Below are positions 9,957 to 19,922 of a DNA stretch of 64,000 bases, one piece after another. Source of the stretch: an uncultured cyanobacterium (GTDB lineage Bacteria; Cyanobacteriota; Cyanobacteriia; PCC-9006; JAAUQQ01); the NCBI GenBank assembly GCA_963718615.1, contig OY970368.1:5632001-5696000 (forward strand), given 5' to 3'. The notes under the pieces are model-generated. The model searched no databases and was not told where the DNA came from. It saw only the letters and a program-made list of their open reading frames with translations. Position 1 is the stretch's first letter, and each line of letters starts with the position of its first letter. A program made the translations under genes and the position numbers.

Positions 9957-10487
9957 ATGACTGAACGAACGAACACTCCTCAAATCGCTGATGACCCATC
10001 GTCTCAAGCGATCCGTTATCCGGTCCTGCTAGAAGCGGTCGAAGGAGGCTGGATTGCTTCGATTCTTGGCATTGCTGCTTATCGTGCGGTTGGAGCTTCC
10101 AGAGATGAGGCCGTTCGGGGGCTTGAAAAAGTTATGCAGCAACGCTTGTGTGAGCTCCTGCCATTTGAAGTGACACATATTGAATTATCTTTTGCACAGC
10201 TCGGAGATTCGTTGCTTTCCTGGGAGCAACAAACCCATTCTGATATTAAGAGCGTTTTAGTCTCGAAAGGGCAGGTCAGTAAAATCTCGTTTAAGACATC
10301 TGTAGAAACTTCAGCAGAACCTAATCCGCTGCTGAAATTTGCAGGTCACTTGAAGGATGATCCTTTCTTCGATGAATATATGGAAAGCATTGCTGAGCAG
10401 CGTAGGGAACTGGATGACGAGTTTATGGACTCAGAGGACTTAGCTCAACCGGAGCCTGTGGAGACAGTAGCTGAGGTTTCGCTCTAA
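9957..10487 (+). CDS. Putative antitoxin, HicB-like N-terminal fold
   Basis: YPVLLEAVEGGWIASILG...AVGASRDEAV pattern; C-terminal NPLLKFAGHLKDDPFFDE acidic segment; 5 bp upstream of a PIN gene. Confidence 0.65.
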   Translation: MTERTNTPQIADDPSSQAIRYPVLLEAVEGGWIASILGIAAYRAVGASRDEAVRGLEKVMQQRLCELLPFEVTHIELSFAQLGDSLLSWEQQTHSDIKSVLVSKGQVSKISFKTSVETSAEPNPLLKFAGHLKDDPFFDEYMESIAEQRRELDDEFMDSEDLAQPEPVETVAEVSL

Positions 10488-10492
10488 ATCCT

Positions 10493-10918
10493 ATGACGCT
10501 TTGGATTCTGGATACGGATCATCTCTCGTTGTTCGAAAGAGGTAACGCCTCCATCGCTCGCAAGCTTGCTGCTCTGCCCATTTCAAGCATTGCTATTACG
10601 GTGATTACCGTTGAAGAGGTTTTTAAGGGACGGTTCCAGCAATTGAGACGAGCCCGTGGGCAGCAGCAAATTTTGGGCCAGTACCAAATCATGATGCGGA
10701 CGTTGGAACTGGTTCAATCCCTACAGTGCTTACCCTTTGATGCTGCGGCTTATACGCAGTACCAAAAACTAGTTGATTTGAAGCTGCGGATTGGAACTCA
10801 GGACATGAAAATTGGGGCGATCGCTCTTGCTAGACAAGCGATCCTCGCAACCTGTAACCGTCGTCACTTTGAGAAAATTCCAGGATTGCAAATTGAAGAT
10901 TGGACGATAGAGCCGTAA
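10493..10918 (+). CDS. vapC: VapC-family PIN-domain toxin
   Basis: WILDTDHLS, ITVEE, GTQDMKIGAIAL and TCNRRHFEKIPGLQIEDW PIN motifs. Confidence 0.9.
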   Translation: MTLWILDTDHLSLFERGNASIARKLAALPISSIAITVITVEEVFKGRFQQLRRARGQQQILGQYQIMMRTLELVQSLQCLPFDAAAYTQYQKLVDLKLRIGTQDMKIGAIALARQAILATCNRRHFEKIPGLQIEDWTIEP

Positions 10919-10996
10919 GCTTACAACTGCCCTGGTAATCAGACACCACTGGTATCATAGAGTCTTGCATTTCGTTTACAGCCGGAGACGGGCTCT

Positions 10997-12280
10997 GTGA
11001 CTCAGACAAACTTTGACTTTTTGCAAGCGAGCGATCCGGCGATCGCCCACCTCATCCAAGACGAACTCGGTCGCCAGCGGGATCACCTGGAGCTGATCGC
11101 CAGCGAAAACTTTACCTCGGCAGCGGTCATGGCAGCCCAGGGCTCGGTCTTGACGAATAAATATGCGGAAGGCTTGCCCAATAAGCGCTACTACGGTGGC
11201 TGTGAATTTGTGGATCAGGTGGAGCAAATCGCCATCGATCGCATCAAAGAACTCTTCGGCGCAGCCCACGCCAACGTCCAGCCCCACTCTGGTGCCCAAG
11301 CCAACTTTGCGGTTTTCCTGACCCTGCTCCAGCCCGGCGACACGATCATGGGCATGGATCTCTCCCACGGCGGTCACCTCACCCACGGCTCCCCAGTCAA
11401 CGTTTCGGGCAAGTGGTTCAAGGTGGTTCAGTATGGCGTCAAGCAAGAAACCGAACGGTTGGACTTTGAGCAGATCCGCAGCCTAGCCCTGGAGCACAAG
11501 CCCAAGCTGATCATTTGTGGCTATTCAGCCTATCCTCGGACGATCGATTTTGAAGCGTTTCGGGCGATCGCCGATGAAGCCGGAGCCTACCTCATGGCCG
11601 ACATTGCCCACATCGCCGGACTCGTCGCCACGGGCCACCACCCCAACCCGATCCCCTTCTGCGATGTGGTCACCACCACTACCCATAAAACCCTGCGTGG
11701 TCCTCGCGGCGGCCTAATCATGACCCGTGACCCAGAGCTGGGTAAAAAATTCGACAAGGCGGTTTTTCCCGGCACTCAAGGCGGACCGTTGGAGCATGTG
11801 ATCGCCGCTAAGGCCGTGGCCTTTGGGGAAGCGCTCAAGCCTGAATTTAAGACCTACTCCGGCCAAGTGATCACCAATGCCAAAGCCCTGGCCGCCCAGC
11901 TCCAGGCTCGGGGGATCAAACTCGTGTCCGACGGCACCGATAACCACTTGGTACTCGTCGATCTGCGCTCTGTGGGCATGACTGGGAAAGTCGCCGATAT
12001 GCTTGTCAGCGAGGTGAATATTACCGCTAATAAAAATACCGTACCCTTTGATCCCGAGTCGCCCTTTGTCACCAGTGGCCTGCGCTTGGGCTCTCCGGCC
12101 ATGACCTCGCGGGGCATGGGCGAGGCGGAGTTTACCGAGATCGCCAATATCATTGCCGATCGCCTCACCAATCCTGAAGATGCTGCGGTGGAAGCGGACT
12201 GCCGCAAGCGGGTTGCTGCTCTGTGCAGTCGTTTTCCGCTCTATCCCCACCTGGAAGCCCGTCAGCCTGCGATGGCCTAG
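10997..12280 (+). CDS. glyA: Serine hydroxymethyltransferase
   Basis: LIASEN, NKYAEG, GGHLTHG, PLP lysine motif [23 protein letters not shown]. Confidence 0.98.
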   Translation: MTQTNFDFLQASDPAIAHLIQDELGRQRDHLELIASENFTSAAVMAAQGSVLTNKYAEGLPNKRYYGGCEFVDQVEQIAIDRIKELFGAAHANVQPHSGAQANFAVFLTLLQPGDTIMGMDLSHGGHLTHGSPVNVSGKWFKVVQYGVKQETERLDFEQIRSLALEHKPKLIICGYSAYPRTIDFEAFRAIADEAGAYLMADIAHIAGLVATGHHPNPIPFCDVVTTTTHKTLRGPRGGLIMTRDPELGKKFDKAVFPGTQGGPLEHVIAAKAVAFGEALKPEFKTYSGQVITNAKALAAQLQARGIKLVSDGTDNHLVLVDLRSVGMTGKVADMLVSEVNITANKNTVPFDPESPFVTSGLRLGSPAMTSRGMGEAEFTEIANIIADRLTNPEDAAVEADCRKRVAALCSRFPLYPHLEARQPAMA

Positions 12281-12355
12281 GGGTGAACGGCAGACGAACA
12301 ACAGGACGAAAACAATAGGACGAAAACAATAGGACGAACGGCTGTTCGTCCCTAC
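12278..12355. repeat. REP-like palindrome (TAGGGG.GAACGGC...TGTTCGTCCCTAC) with internal 14-bp tandem repeats AGGACGAAAACAAT
   Basis: Arms read directly; aggacgaaaacaat occurs twice with partial flanking copies; the right part taggacgaac-ggct-gttcgtccctac can form a hairpin. Confidence 0.6.
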
Positions 12356-12385
12356 GAGTTGGGGACCATGGCCGATGGTTCAATT

Positions 12386-12422
12386 GCGCGATCGCCTTGA
12401 CAAAACGGGCGATCGCGCTTTT
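12386..12422 (+). terminator. Intrinsic terminator after glyA built from two HIP1 sites
   Basis: gcgcgatcgcc-N11-ggcgatcgcgc (perfect 11-bp inverted repeat) followed by tttt. Confidence 0.65.
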
Positions 12423-12707
12423 CATAGACAGGTTTTGATCCCTGATCGAGCAGCCTGTCCTCCGAGAAAATTCCGAATTTCCCGTAGGTCCTAGCCTGAC
12501 TTTTTTGGGTTAAGGTGATGGGGGTCAAATCGTTACACAAGTTGATAAACTTCCGTTAGCTTCTATTAACCGTCCTGAAACAGGGACTTTTGGAAGGAGA
12601 AAGTCAGGGTGCTCGGTCTCATCGCTTTCGGTTGATGGTGATCTTCACCCTTAACCCCAAGACCTTCATTTGGCCTGTCGCAGTCCCATCCGCCCCCCGC
12701 GTTGCCA

Positions 12708-13766
12708 ATGCCTGTCCAGCTCTACCATCTGATTTCCTTTATCGTTGCCGCTTTGGTCGTGCTTGCTGTCACCCCAGTGGTGAAGCACATCGGGCTTCGC
12801 AGCGGCAAGGTAGACAAGCCTAACCATCGCAAGGTCCATCAGCAGCCCATGGTGCGGCTGGGTGGCGTTTCAATTTTTATCGGCGTCGTGGTGGCGCTAC
12901 TCGCGGTCTGGTTCTGCGGTGGTTTTGGCATTTTGCCGCCGGATAAGGAATATGAAATTTGGGGGTTGACCCTCGGTGGGTTGCTCTTTTTCCTGATTGG
13001 CTTGGCGGACGATTTATTTAATCTTTCTCCGTTCACTCGTTTGTTTTTACAAGTCATCGTCGCTTCGATGGCTTGGCAGGCGGGCGTTCAAATCGACTTT
13101 TTAACGGTGCCCCTTCCCGATGTGGGCTTGGTGACCCTGCCGGGATGGTTAAGCCTTCCCGTTACGACCATCTGGCTGGTGGGGATGGCCAACGCGATTA
13201 ACTGGATTGATGGTCTGGATGGTCTAGCGGCTGGGGTTTCAGGGATCGCGGCGGTGATCATGCTGATCGTCTGTCTATTTATGGACCAGCCTGCGGCGGC
13301 AATCATTGCAGCGGGTCTGGCGGGCGGAGCCCTGGGCTTCTTGCGCTATAACTTCAACCCGGCCCAGATTTTTATGGGGGATGGCGGGGCCTACTTTATG
13401 GGCTTTACCCTGGCAGGGGTTGGCGTGGTGGGCTTGGTCAAGAGTGTGACCACCGTAGCGGTCTTGCTGCCTTACCTGATTTTGGCAGTGCCCATTCTAG
13501 ATATGTCGGCGGTGATTTTCCAGCGGGTCCGCAGCGGTCAGTCGCCCTTCACCGCAGATAAGCGCCATCTCCACCATCGCTTGCTGCAGGCTGGTCTGTC
13601 CCATCGGGCGACGGTGCTGGTGATTTATTGCTTAACCCTTTGGGTCGGCAGTTTGGCCATGGCCTTTTCGGGGATTCCCAGCGGTTATGCCTATGCCTTT
13701 GGGGCAACGATATTACTGAGCTACGCCGGATGGCAGGTGAATCGCGCCAGCCGTCAGGCCAAGTAG
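12708..13766 (+). CDS. MraY/WecA/TagO-family undecaprenyl-phosphate GlcNAc-1-phosphate transferase
   Basis: DKPNHRKVH, RLGGVSI, GLADD, NAINWIDGLDGLA, NFNPAQIFMGDGGA, DKRHLHHRL; many TM helices. Confidence 0.93.
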   Translation: MPVQLYHLISFIVAALVVLAVTPVVKHIGLRSGKVDKPNHRKVHQQPMVRLGGVSIFIGVVVALLAVWFCGGFGILPPDKEYEIWGLTLGGLLFFLIGLADDLFNLSPFTRLFLQVIVASMAWQAGVQIDFLTVPLPDVGLVTLPGWLSLPVTTIWLVGMANAINWIDGLDGLAAGVSGIAAVIMLIVCLFMDQPAAAIIAAGLAGGALGFLRYNFNPAQIFMGDGGAYFMGFTLAGVGVVGLVKSVTTVAVLLPYLILAVPILDMSAVIFQRVRSGQSPFTADKRHLHHRLLQAGLSHRATVLVIYCLTLWVGSLAMAFSGIPSGYAYAFGATILLSYAGWQVNRASRQAK

Positions 13767-13778
13767 GACTTAAAACCC

Positions 13779-15032
13779 ATGGTTCGTGGTTCAGCAGAAA
13801 TTATTTGTGTGGGAACGGAGTTGCTGTTGGGGGAGATTCTCAACAGCAATTCGCAGTTTTTGGCCCAGGCATTGGCGGCCTTAGGGATTCCTCACTACAA
13901 CCAAACGGTGGTGGGGGACAATGTGCAGCGGTTGCAGCAGGCGGTTCAGGTGGCTTGCGATCGCGCCCAGCTCCTGATTTTTACCGGCGGACTCGGTCCC
14001 ACCCCCGACGACCTCACCACGGAAACCCTGGCGGATTTTTTCAACGCCCCCTTGGTCGAACATCCTGAAGTCATTGCAGACATTCGCCAAAAGTTTGCCA
14101 GTCGCGGCTATGTGCCCACGGAAAATAATTTCAAACAGGCGCTCCTCCCCGCCGGGGCAGCGGTCTTGCCTAATGGGACTGGAACCGCTCCGGGGCTGAT
14201 TTGGGAACCGAAGCCGGGGTTGCTCTTGATGACATTTCCGGGGGTGCCTCGGGAAATGAAGCAGATGTGGGCGGATACGGCGGTGCCCTATCTCCAGCAA
14301 AACGGCTGGACGTCGGCCCAGCTCGTGAGTCGAACGCTGCATTTTTACGGCATTAGCGAATCGAGACTGGCAGAACAGGTTGCGCCGCTATTTAACCAGG
14401 AAAATCCCACGGTGGCTCCCTATGCGGGAGCGGGACAGGTGCGGCTGCGAATTACGGCCAAGGCGGATTCGCCGGCAGCGGCAGCGGCACTGCTCGATCC
14501 GGTGGAACGACAGATTCGGGAAATTGCCGGGGATTATTGCTTTGGGCGGGATGGGGAGACGTTGGCTTCGGTGGTGGGCGATCGCCTCAAACAACGCCAA
14601 GAAACCCTCGCCGTGGCAGAATCTTGCACGGGCGGTGGCTTGGGCCAAATGCTGACGGCAGTTCCGGGCAGTTCGGCCTATTTTTGGGGCGGCATTATTT
14701 CCTACGACAATTCGGTGAAGGAACGATTGTTGGGGGTGGACCCGACGGTGTTGGTGGAGTTAGGGGCGGTGAGTGGGCCGGTAGCGGAGCAGATGGCGGT
14801 GGGGGTGCGCGATCGCCTCCAAACCACTTGGGGGCTGAGCATTACGGGAATTGCAGGACCGGATGGAGGGACAGAATCAAAACCGGTGGGGTTGGTCTAT
14901 ATTGGGTTGGCGGGGCCGGATGGCTTTGTGGAAGCGGTGGAATGTCGATTGGGCGATCGCCGGGGTCGAGATTGGATAAGGTTGTTGAGTGCCTGTGAGG
15001 CGCTAGATCGGTTGCGGCGGCAATTGCGGTAG
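13779..15032 (+). CDS. cinA: Competence/damage-inducible protein A (MoCF-like domain plus NMN deamidase)
   Basis: VGTELLLG, TGGLGPTPDDLT, PGVPREM, AESCTGG, SITGIAGPDGG. Confidence 0.95.
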   Translation: MVRGSAEIICVGTELLLGEILNSNSQFLAQALAALGIPHYNQTVVGDNVQRLQQAVQVACDRAQLLIFTGGLGPTPDDLTTETLADFFNAPLVEHPEVIADIRQKFASRGYVPTENNFKQALLPAGAAVLPNGTGTAPGLIWEPKPGLLLMTFPGVPREMKQMWADTAVPYLQQNGWTSAQLVSRTLHFYGISESRLAEQVAPLFNQENPTVAPYAGAGQVRLRITAKADSPAAAAALLDPVERQIREIAGDYCFGRDGETLASVVGDRLKQRQETLAVAESCTGGGLGQMLTAVPGSSAYFWGGIISYDNSVKERLLGVDPTVLVELGAVSGPVAEQMAVGVRDRLQTTWGLSITGIAGPDGGTESKPVGLVYIGLAGPDGFVEAVECRLGDRRGRDWIRLLSACEALDRLRRQLR

Positions 15033-15128
15033 GTGAGGTTTAATAGAAATTGATAGAAAATAGAAAGTGGAATTGAAATATCCGCAATATCCGTTATCTA
15101 ATGACCTTTGATGAGGCGCTGAACAACT

Positions 15129-15725
15129 ATGATTGCCGCAAGAGAGAATTCCCCACGACTGACGCCTGAAGAATATTTTGCCTGGGAAGAAAAACAGCTA
15201 GAAAAACACGAATATATTGACGGTGAAATCTACGCCATGAGCGGTGGCAGCAAAAATCACAGTTTAATCTCCGTTAGGTTGATCACCTTGTTCTCCAATC
15301 ATCTAGAAGGAGGTAGCTGCGAAACTGGTAATTCGGATTTGAGAGTTAACCTTTTTCAAACCACGAATTATACCTATCCCGATGTCAGCGTAACTTGTGA
15401 CGAACGGGATAAAACTACGACGCAGTATATTACTTATCCCTGCTTAATCGTTGAAGTTTTGTCAGACAGTACAGAAGCTTACGATCGCGGTGGCAAGTTC
15501 AGAATGTATCAGAAAAATCCTATGCTACGGGATTATTTGTTGGTCAGCTCTACCAAAATCGAGATGGATTCATATCACAAGAAAGAGAATGGAGAATGGA
15601 TTATTCTCAATTATAAAGAAGGGGATATCATCGAACTCAAAAGTATTAATCTCAGCTTTCCCATTGAGCAAGTCTATCGCGGGCTTGTTCTAGTACCGGA
15701 GGGGGAAGCACTAGAATCTATCTAA
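15129..15725 (+). CDS. Uma2-family (DUF820) endonuclease-like protein
   Basis: TPEEYFAWE, HEYIDGEIYAMSGGS, YPDVSVTC, IVEVLSDSTEAYDRG. Confidence 0.92.
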   Translation: MIAARENSPRLTPEEYFAWEEKQLEKHEYIDGEIYAMSGGSKNHSLISVRLITLFSNHLEGGSCETGNSDLRVNLFQTTNYTYPDVSVTCDERDKTTTQYITYPCLIVEVLSDSTEAYDRGGKFRMYQKNPMLRDYLLVSSTKIEMDSYHKKENGEWIILNYKEGDIIELKSINLSFPIEQVYRGLVLVPEGEALESI

Positions 15726-15732
15726 ATTCCAT

Positions 15733-16188
15733 TTAGTCCGCATACAGTTCTATCGCGGCATCAATGAAATTCTGCCAAGTCTCATTCGGCACCCAAATCT
15801 TCTCCAGTAATGACTTCGCCTCACTCGCTGCCATGCCGCGCTTCAGCCGATTGTAGAGATACATCATCGCCGAAACCCGCATATTCAGCGCACAGTGAAC
15901 CCAGATCGGTTGTTCTCCTGTTTCTTCTAGTATCGCAAACAACTGCTCCAAATCATCCAGCGTCGGATAATCCCAGACCACTGGAATCGCTATATATTCC
16001 ATCCCTAGCCCCGTTACGATCTCTGGCTCCTTGGGCAACCAATTCGTCGAGGTCGGCATGGCTAAGTTGACGACCCGCCCATAGCCCGCAGCCTGAATCG
16101 CCACAAACTGAGATTCTGTGGGTTGTCCCGATGTGGCTAGGGTGGGAGAAAGCGCCAAGTAATTGCAAATTTCTGTAACAGCGGTCAT
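15733..16188 (-). CDS. PTP-fold (DUF442-like) phosphatase/sulfurtransferase
   Basis: TSGQP, VVNLA, IPVVW, WVHCALNMRVS (Cx4R loop), IWVPN. Confidence 0.75.
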   Translation of the reverse strand: MTAVTEICNYLALSPTLATSGQPTESQFVAIQAAGYGRVVNLAMPTSTNWLPKEPEIVTGLGMEYIAIPVVWDYPTLDDLEQLFAILEETGEQPIWVHCALNMRVSAMMYLYNRLKRGMAASEAKSLLEKIWVPNETWQNFIDAAIELYAD

Positions 16189-16209
16189 CCTCGACGCTCC
16201 TTCTGGCTG

Positions 16210-16332
16210 CTAATGGGAGAAAAATCCCGAGAGCAACAACGGTACCAAGAGCAGGGCGGCGATCGCAAACATGAGGCTAAACGCATCCACATTGATGGGT
16301 TTGGGGGCTGGCATCAGGACCACCTCAGGCAT
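16210..16332 (-). CDS. Small (40 aa) single-TM membrane protein, not in the ORF track
   Basis: Hand translation MPEVVLMPAPKPINVDAFSLMFAIAALLLVPLLLSGFFSH*; GGAG 7 nt before the ATG; fills the gap between two co-oriented genes. Confidence 0.6.
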   Translation of the reverse strand: MPEVVLMPAPKPINVDAFSLMFAIAALLLVPLLLSGFFSH

Positions 16333-16379
16333 AACGTTACTCCATTATCTCTCTTCCATGGGAATTCTGGAGCGTCTGA

Positions 16380-17204
16380 CTAGGGTCGTGATGTTGGGGG
16401 TGGAGTTAGGGGGGGCGGGTTGCGACGCAGATCCTCCGGCGAGAGGCTCGTCATGTTAAAGGATTGCCATTGGGGCGTCACCCACTTAAACCGACCAATC
16501 GCAATATCGCCATTGGTTTTGAATTCCTGCCAAGCCACATGCTCGTCGAGCCAATAGTCTCCAGCCATACTGAGAAGATAGCGGGCGTTTAAGCGATCGT
16601 CGGGGCGTTTGGGGTCATCGGTCACCAGCCGAGCCTCAACCGTGGTGAAAACCCCTTTAATGTCTTGGGGATTGATAGAAGCTCGTCCGGTTGCGGACCA
16701 GAAGTGAAAGTTATAACCCGGTGAGGTTTTGACTGAAATGCCGCCATCTTGTTCTGGGCGGATCTGGGCCGGCTTGCTGACATTTCCCGCAAAGTCTTCC
16801 CGGAATGCTTGGCCTTGAACGCTGTTGGAGTCCTGGATCAGGTGCCACTGATTATCTTTTTTGCTGAGCACGTAGGCCCGCATGTTGCGAATTTGCACCC
16901 GCGTATTGGTTGCGGGGTTGCCTTTGGCATCTTCATAGAGCTGACCTGCCGCGATCATCGCCCGAAATTGTTTAGGGTTGTTACCCATGCCGATGCGGGG
17001 CTGTTTGACCCAATCATAGGAATCCGGAACACCGCGTGGACGGCCCTGGTGGGGGCGGGTCATATCGTCGATGACGGTATTGACGGAGTTAGCCGCTGTT
17101 CGAGAATTGAATCCCCAGACCAAACTTCCACCCACCGCGAGGCTAAGGGCGATCGCCAAAGCCGTTGGGGCGTAAAATCTGGGGCGAGCGGTTGGGCGAG
17201 ACAT
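16380..17204 (-). CDS. Exported hypothetical protein
   Basis: Signal/TM segment ALAIALSLAVGGSLVWGF; globular region HQGRPRGVP...DIAIGRFKWV. Likely start at MSRPTAR. Confidence 0.7.
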   Translation of the reverse strand: MSRPTARPRFYAPTALAIALSLAVGGSLVWGFNSRTAANSVNTVIDDMTRPHQGRPRGVPDSYDWVKQPRIGMGNNPKQFRAMIAAGQLYEDAKGNPATNTRVQIRNMRAYVLSKKDNQWHLIQDSNSVQGQAFREDFAGNVSKPAQIRPEQDGGISVKTSPGYNFHFWSATGRASINPQDIKGVFTTVEARLVTDDPKRPDDRLNARYLLSMAGDYWLDEHVAWQEFKTNGDIAIGRFKWVTPQWQSFNMTSLSPEDLRRNPPPLTPPPTSRP

Positions 17205-17319
17205 GGTGTTTCTGGCCTCTTTCTGGCCGCAAGGGTCAACAATTAGCAATAGCATTTCCATCCTATCGATCTTCCCTTGGGTTGGGATGAATAAAATTTC
17301 AGGTTTAGACAGAGTTAAT

Positions 17320-17353
17320 TCTTTAACCCCCTTGCTTGAAGAATGGTTAAAGA
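17320..17353. promoter_or_regulatory. 9-bp inverted repeat in a divergent promoter region (possible operator)
   Basis: tctttaacc-N16-ggttaaaga between the divergent 17204 and 17487 starts. Confidence 0.35.
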
Positions 17354-17486
17354 TACAGTGACATCAGTCCAGTTTTTAAGATTCAAGAGACTGTGGAAAA
17401 TGGGACAGAGCGATCCATTGCCGGTCAAGCTGTTGCCGGATGATGGGGAGCGGGGTCGCCAAGCTGTATTGCAGGGGAGTGTCGAG

Positions 17487-19922
17487 ATGACCAACAAGCA
17501 GGCTATTCTTCGGTTTGACGGAACCCTGGAGCAAGGGTTTAAAGTCACGCTGGTAATCCAAGAACCGCTGGTGGGCATCGTGACTGAGGCCGAGGGGGCA
17601 TTACCGGCGAATGAGCGGCTGCGGCGAACCCTGGAGAACTGGCAGCAGTCCTATCGTCAGTGCTTGGACAATAGCCGTATTAGTCTGGAGCGCATCGCCG
17701 TGGAGTCCTCGCCTCAGGTTCATCAGACCGCCTGCCGAGACCTGGGTTATCAATTGCGCCAACAGCTTCAGCAGTGGCTTGACGCGCCGACGTTTCGGTT
17801 TATTGATCAGCGGCTGCGGGAGCATTTAAACATACGGGATTCAGGGCAGATTTTGCTGCGGACGGAGGATGTGCGGCTCCATCGATTACCCTGGCACACC
17901 TGGGATTTCGTTGAGCGTTACCCCTTGATGGAATGGGTTGTTGGCACACCGCCCCAGCGTTTGTCTTCGCCTCGGCGGGTGGACGATCGGGTGAGGATTT
18001 TGGCGATTTTGGGCGATCGCCGCAATATCGATACCGAAGTGGATCAACAAATCCTCAGCGCCTTGCCCCAGGCAGACGTGACCTTTTTGGTGGAGCCCTC
18101 CCGTCAAGCCGTGGACGATCGCCTCTGGGAGCAACCCTGGGATATTTTGTTTTTTGCAGGACACAGCCATTCTCTGGCTCAAACGGCTGCGACCGCTCGT
18201 CAAACCGGACGATTGAGTTTGAATGAGCAGGAGGTGTTGAGTATTGAGGAAGTTCGCTATGGTCTGAGGCGGGCGATCGCCCAGGGTCTTCAGTTGGCCA
18301 TTGTCAATTCCTGTGACGGGCTAGGGATTGCCTACGATTTGGAACCGCTCCATTTGCCCCACCTGATTGTCATGCGGGAGCCCGTACCCGATGAGGTTGC
18401 CCAGGCCTTTTTGAAATATTTTCTCGCTGCCTTTGCCCGAGGCGAATCCTTAACGCTGGCGCTGCGGGAAGCACGGGAGCGGTTGCAGATTTTAGAACAT
18501 CGGTTTCCCTGGGCTACGTGGTTGCCGGTGTTGTTTCAAAACCCAGCGGTTGAACCGATGACTTGGAGCCTAGTACAGGGCTTGGTGGCAGAATCGGGCT
18601 TGGAGGTGGTAGGCGATCGCCCGCCCCCGCGCCGCCGCTGGACCCAAGCCCTGGGTTCGACGCTAGGGCTCGGTCTAGCAATAGGCTTGTCTGTTATGAC
18701 AGGTCGGACCTTAGGACTGTTGCAGCCTGCGGAGCTAGCACATTTCGATCACTGGGTGCGGCTACAACCCTCTGAACCTGAGGACGATCGCATTGTGGTT
18801 GTAGAGGTCACTAAAGCGGATATTCAGGCCAAGTCTGAAGCAGAACGGCAGGGGCGATCGCTCTCGGACTCAACCCTCAACCAACTGCTCGAAACCCTTG
18901 ATGCCCTCAATCCACGACTCATTGGCCTAGACTTGTATCGTGAACAACCGACGACGTTGCAACCCTTAATTAATCAATTTGCCCACAACGAAAAGCTCTT
19001 TGCCGTCTGCAAAGGGGTAGACCCAGATCAAGGCGTTGAAGGCATTCCTAAGCCTCCGGCCTTACCTGAGGAGCGGCTGGGGTTTAGTGATGTACGGAGC
19101 GATCCACCGGATAAAATTGTTCGTATACAACTGTTGTCCGCTGTGACCTCCCCTGGCTCTGATTGCCTGATGGATTACTCCCTAAGTGCTGTGTTGGCCT
19201 ACCACGCCCTCCAGGCCGAGGGGCAAGAACTGAAATTTGAAGACGACGGGAATCTCTGGCAATGGGGCGATGTGCAACTGCGACGGATGGGGGCTTCGGC
19301 TTGGGGAGATGCGACCTATGTTGACTACGGTCCCTACGCTGGAATCAATGCCCAGGGGCATCAAATTCTACTGAATTATCGTACGCATCAATCGCCCCAA
19401 AGCCCCAAGAGCCCGATTCAGGCGTTTCAGTCTGTCACCGTTGCTCAAGTGTTGGATGGGCAACTGAGCCGCCGCGATCTTCAAGACAAAATTGTTTTGA
19501 TCGGCGTGACCGCAGCCAGTTCGCCAGATCACTGGGCAACGCCCTATCGCACCGTCGAAGGGCATCCCTTGAAGATTCCAGGTGTGTATCTTCAAGCACA
19601 GATGACTAGTCAGATCCTCAGCGCCGTGCTCGACCGTCGTCCTCTTCGCTGGTGCTGGCCTAGCTGGCTGGATGGTGTTTGGGTTTGGCTGGGGGTCTCC
19701 GGGGCGCTTTGGGTTTTGCAAAGGGGGCAAAATTTGGGGCGATCGCTCGGGGTGATTGTGGGGGGCGGAGTTCTCCTTTATGCTATTGCCTGGGGGGCTT
19801 TTACCTGGATAGGACTTTATTTACCTATCTTGCCCTTAGGTTTAGCGATCGCCATCGGCACGATGGTTTGGGGCAGCTTCAAAATCCAGCGTTATAAACC
19901 GAATGGGAGTATTTCAGGATGA
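17487..19922 (+). CDS. CHAT protease-CHASE2 sensor membrane protein
   Basis: CHAT motifs LPWHTWD, ILFFAGHS (His), IVNSCDG (Cys), MREPVPD, WLPVLFQNP; a TM helix; CHASE2 motifs DDRIVVVEV, LIGLDLYR, DKIVLIG, PGVYLQAQMTSQI; three C-terminal TMs. ATG 17487 has GGGGAG upstream. Confidence 0.9.
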   Translation: MTNKQAILRFDGTLEQGFKVTLVIQEPLVGIVTEAEGALPANERLRRTLENWQQSYRQCLDNSRISLERIAVESSPQVHQTACRDLGYQLRQQLQQWLDAPTFRFIDQRLREHLNIRDSGQILLRTEDVRLHRLPWHTWDFVERYPLMEWVVGTPPQRLSSPRRVDDRVRILAILGDRRNIDTEVDQQILSALPQADVTFLVEPSRQAVDDRLWEQPWDILFFAGHSHSLAQTAATARQTGRLSLNEQEVLSIEEVRYGLRRAIAQGLQLAIVNSCDGLGIAYDLEPLHLPHLIVMREPVPDEVAQAFLKYFLAAFARGESLTLALREARERLQILEHRFPWATWLPVLFQNPAVEPMTWSLVQGLVAESGLEVVGDRPPPRRRWTQALGSTLGLGLAIGLSVMTGRTLGLLQPAELAHFDHWVRLQPSEPEDDRIVVVEVTKADIQAKSEAERQGRSLSDSTLNQLLETLDALNPRLIGLDLYREQPTTLQPLINQFAHNEKLFAVCKGVDPDQGVEGIPKPPALPEERLGFSDVRSDPPDKIVRIQLLSAVTSPGSDCLMDYSLSAVLAYHALQAEGQELKFEDDGNLWQWGDVQLRRMGASAWGDATYVDYGPYAGINAQGHQILLNYRTHQSPQSPKSPIQAFQSVTVAQVLDGQLSRRDLQDKIVLIGVTAASSPDHWATPYRTVEGHPLKIPGVYLQAQMTSQILSAVLDRRPLRWCWPSWLDGVWVWLGVSGALWVLQRGQNLGRSLGVIVGGGVLLYAIAWGAFTWIGLYLPILPLGLAIAIGTMVWGSFKIQRYKPNGSISG

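Noticed and set aside
10919-10996. ZTP or other riboswitch upstream of glyA
   Set aside because: The gap is only 78 bp and shows no recognisable consensus.
15129-15725. Uma2 genes (also 33675-34247) as a restriction-modification system
   Set aside because: No methyltransferase is adjacent; stand-alone Uma2 copies are routine in cyanobacteria.
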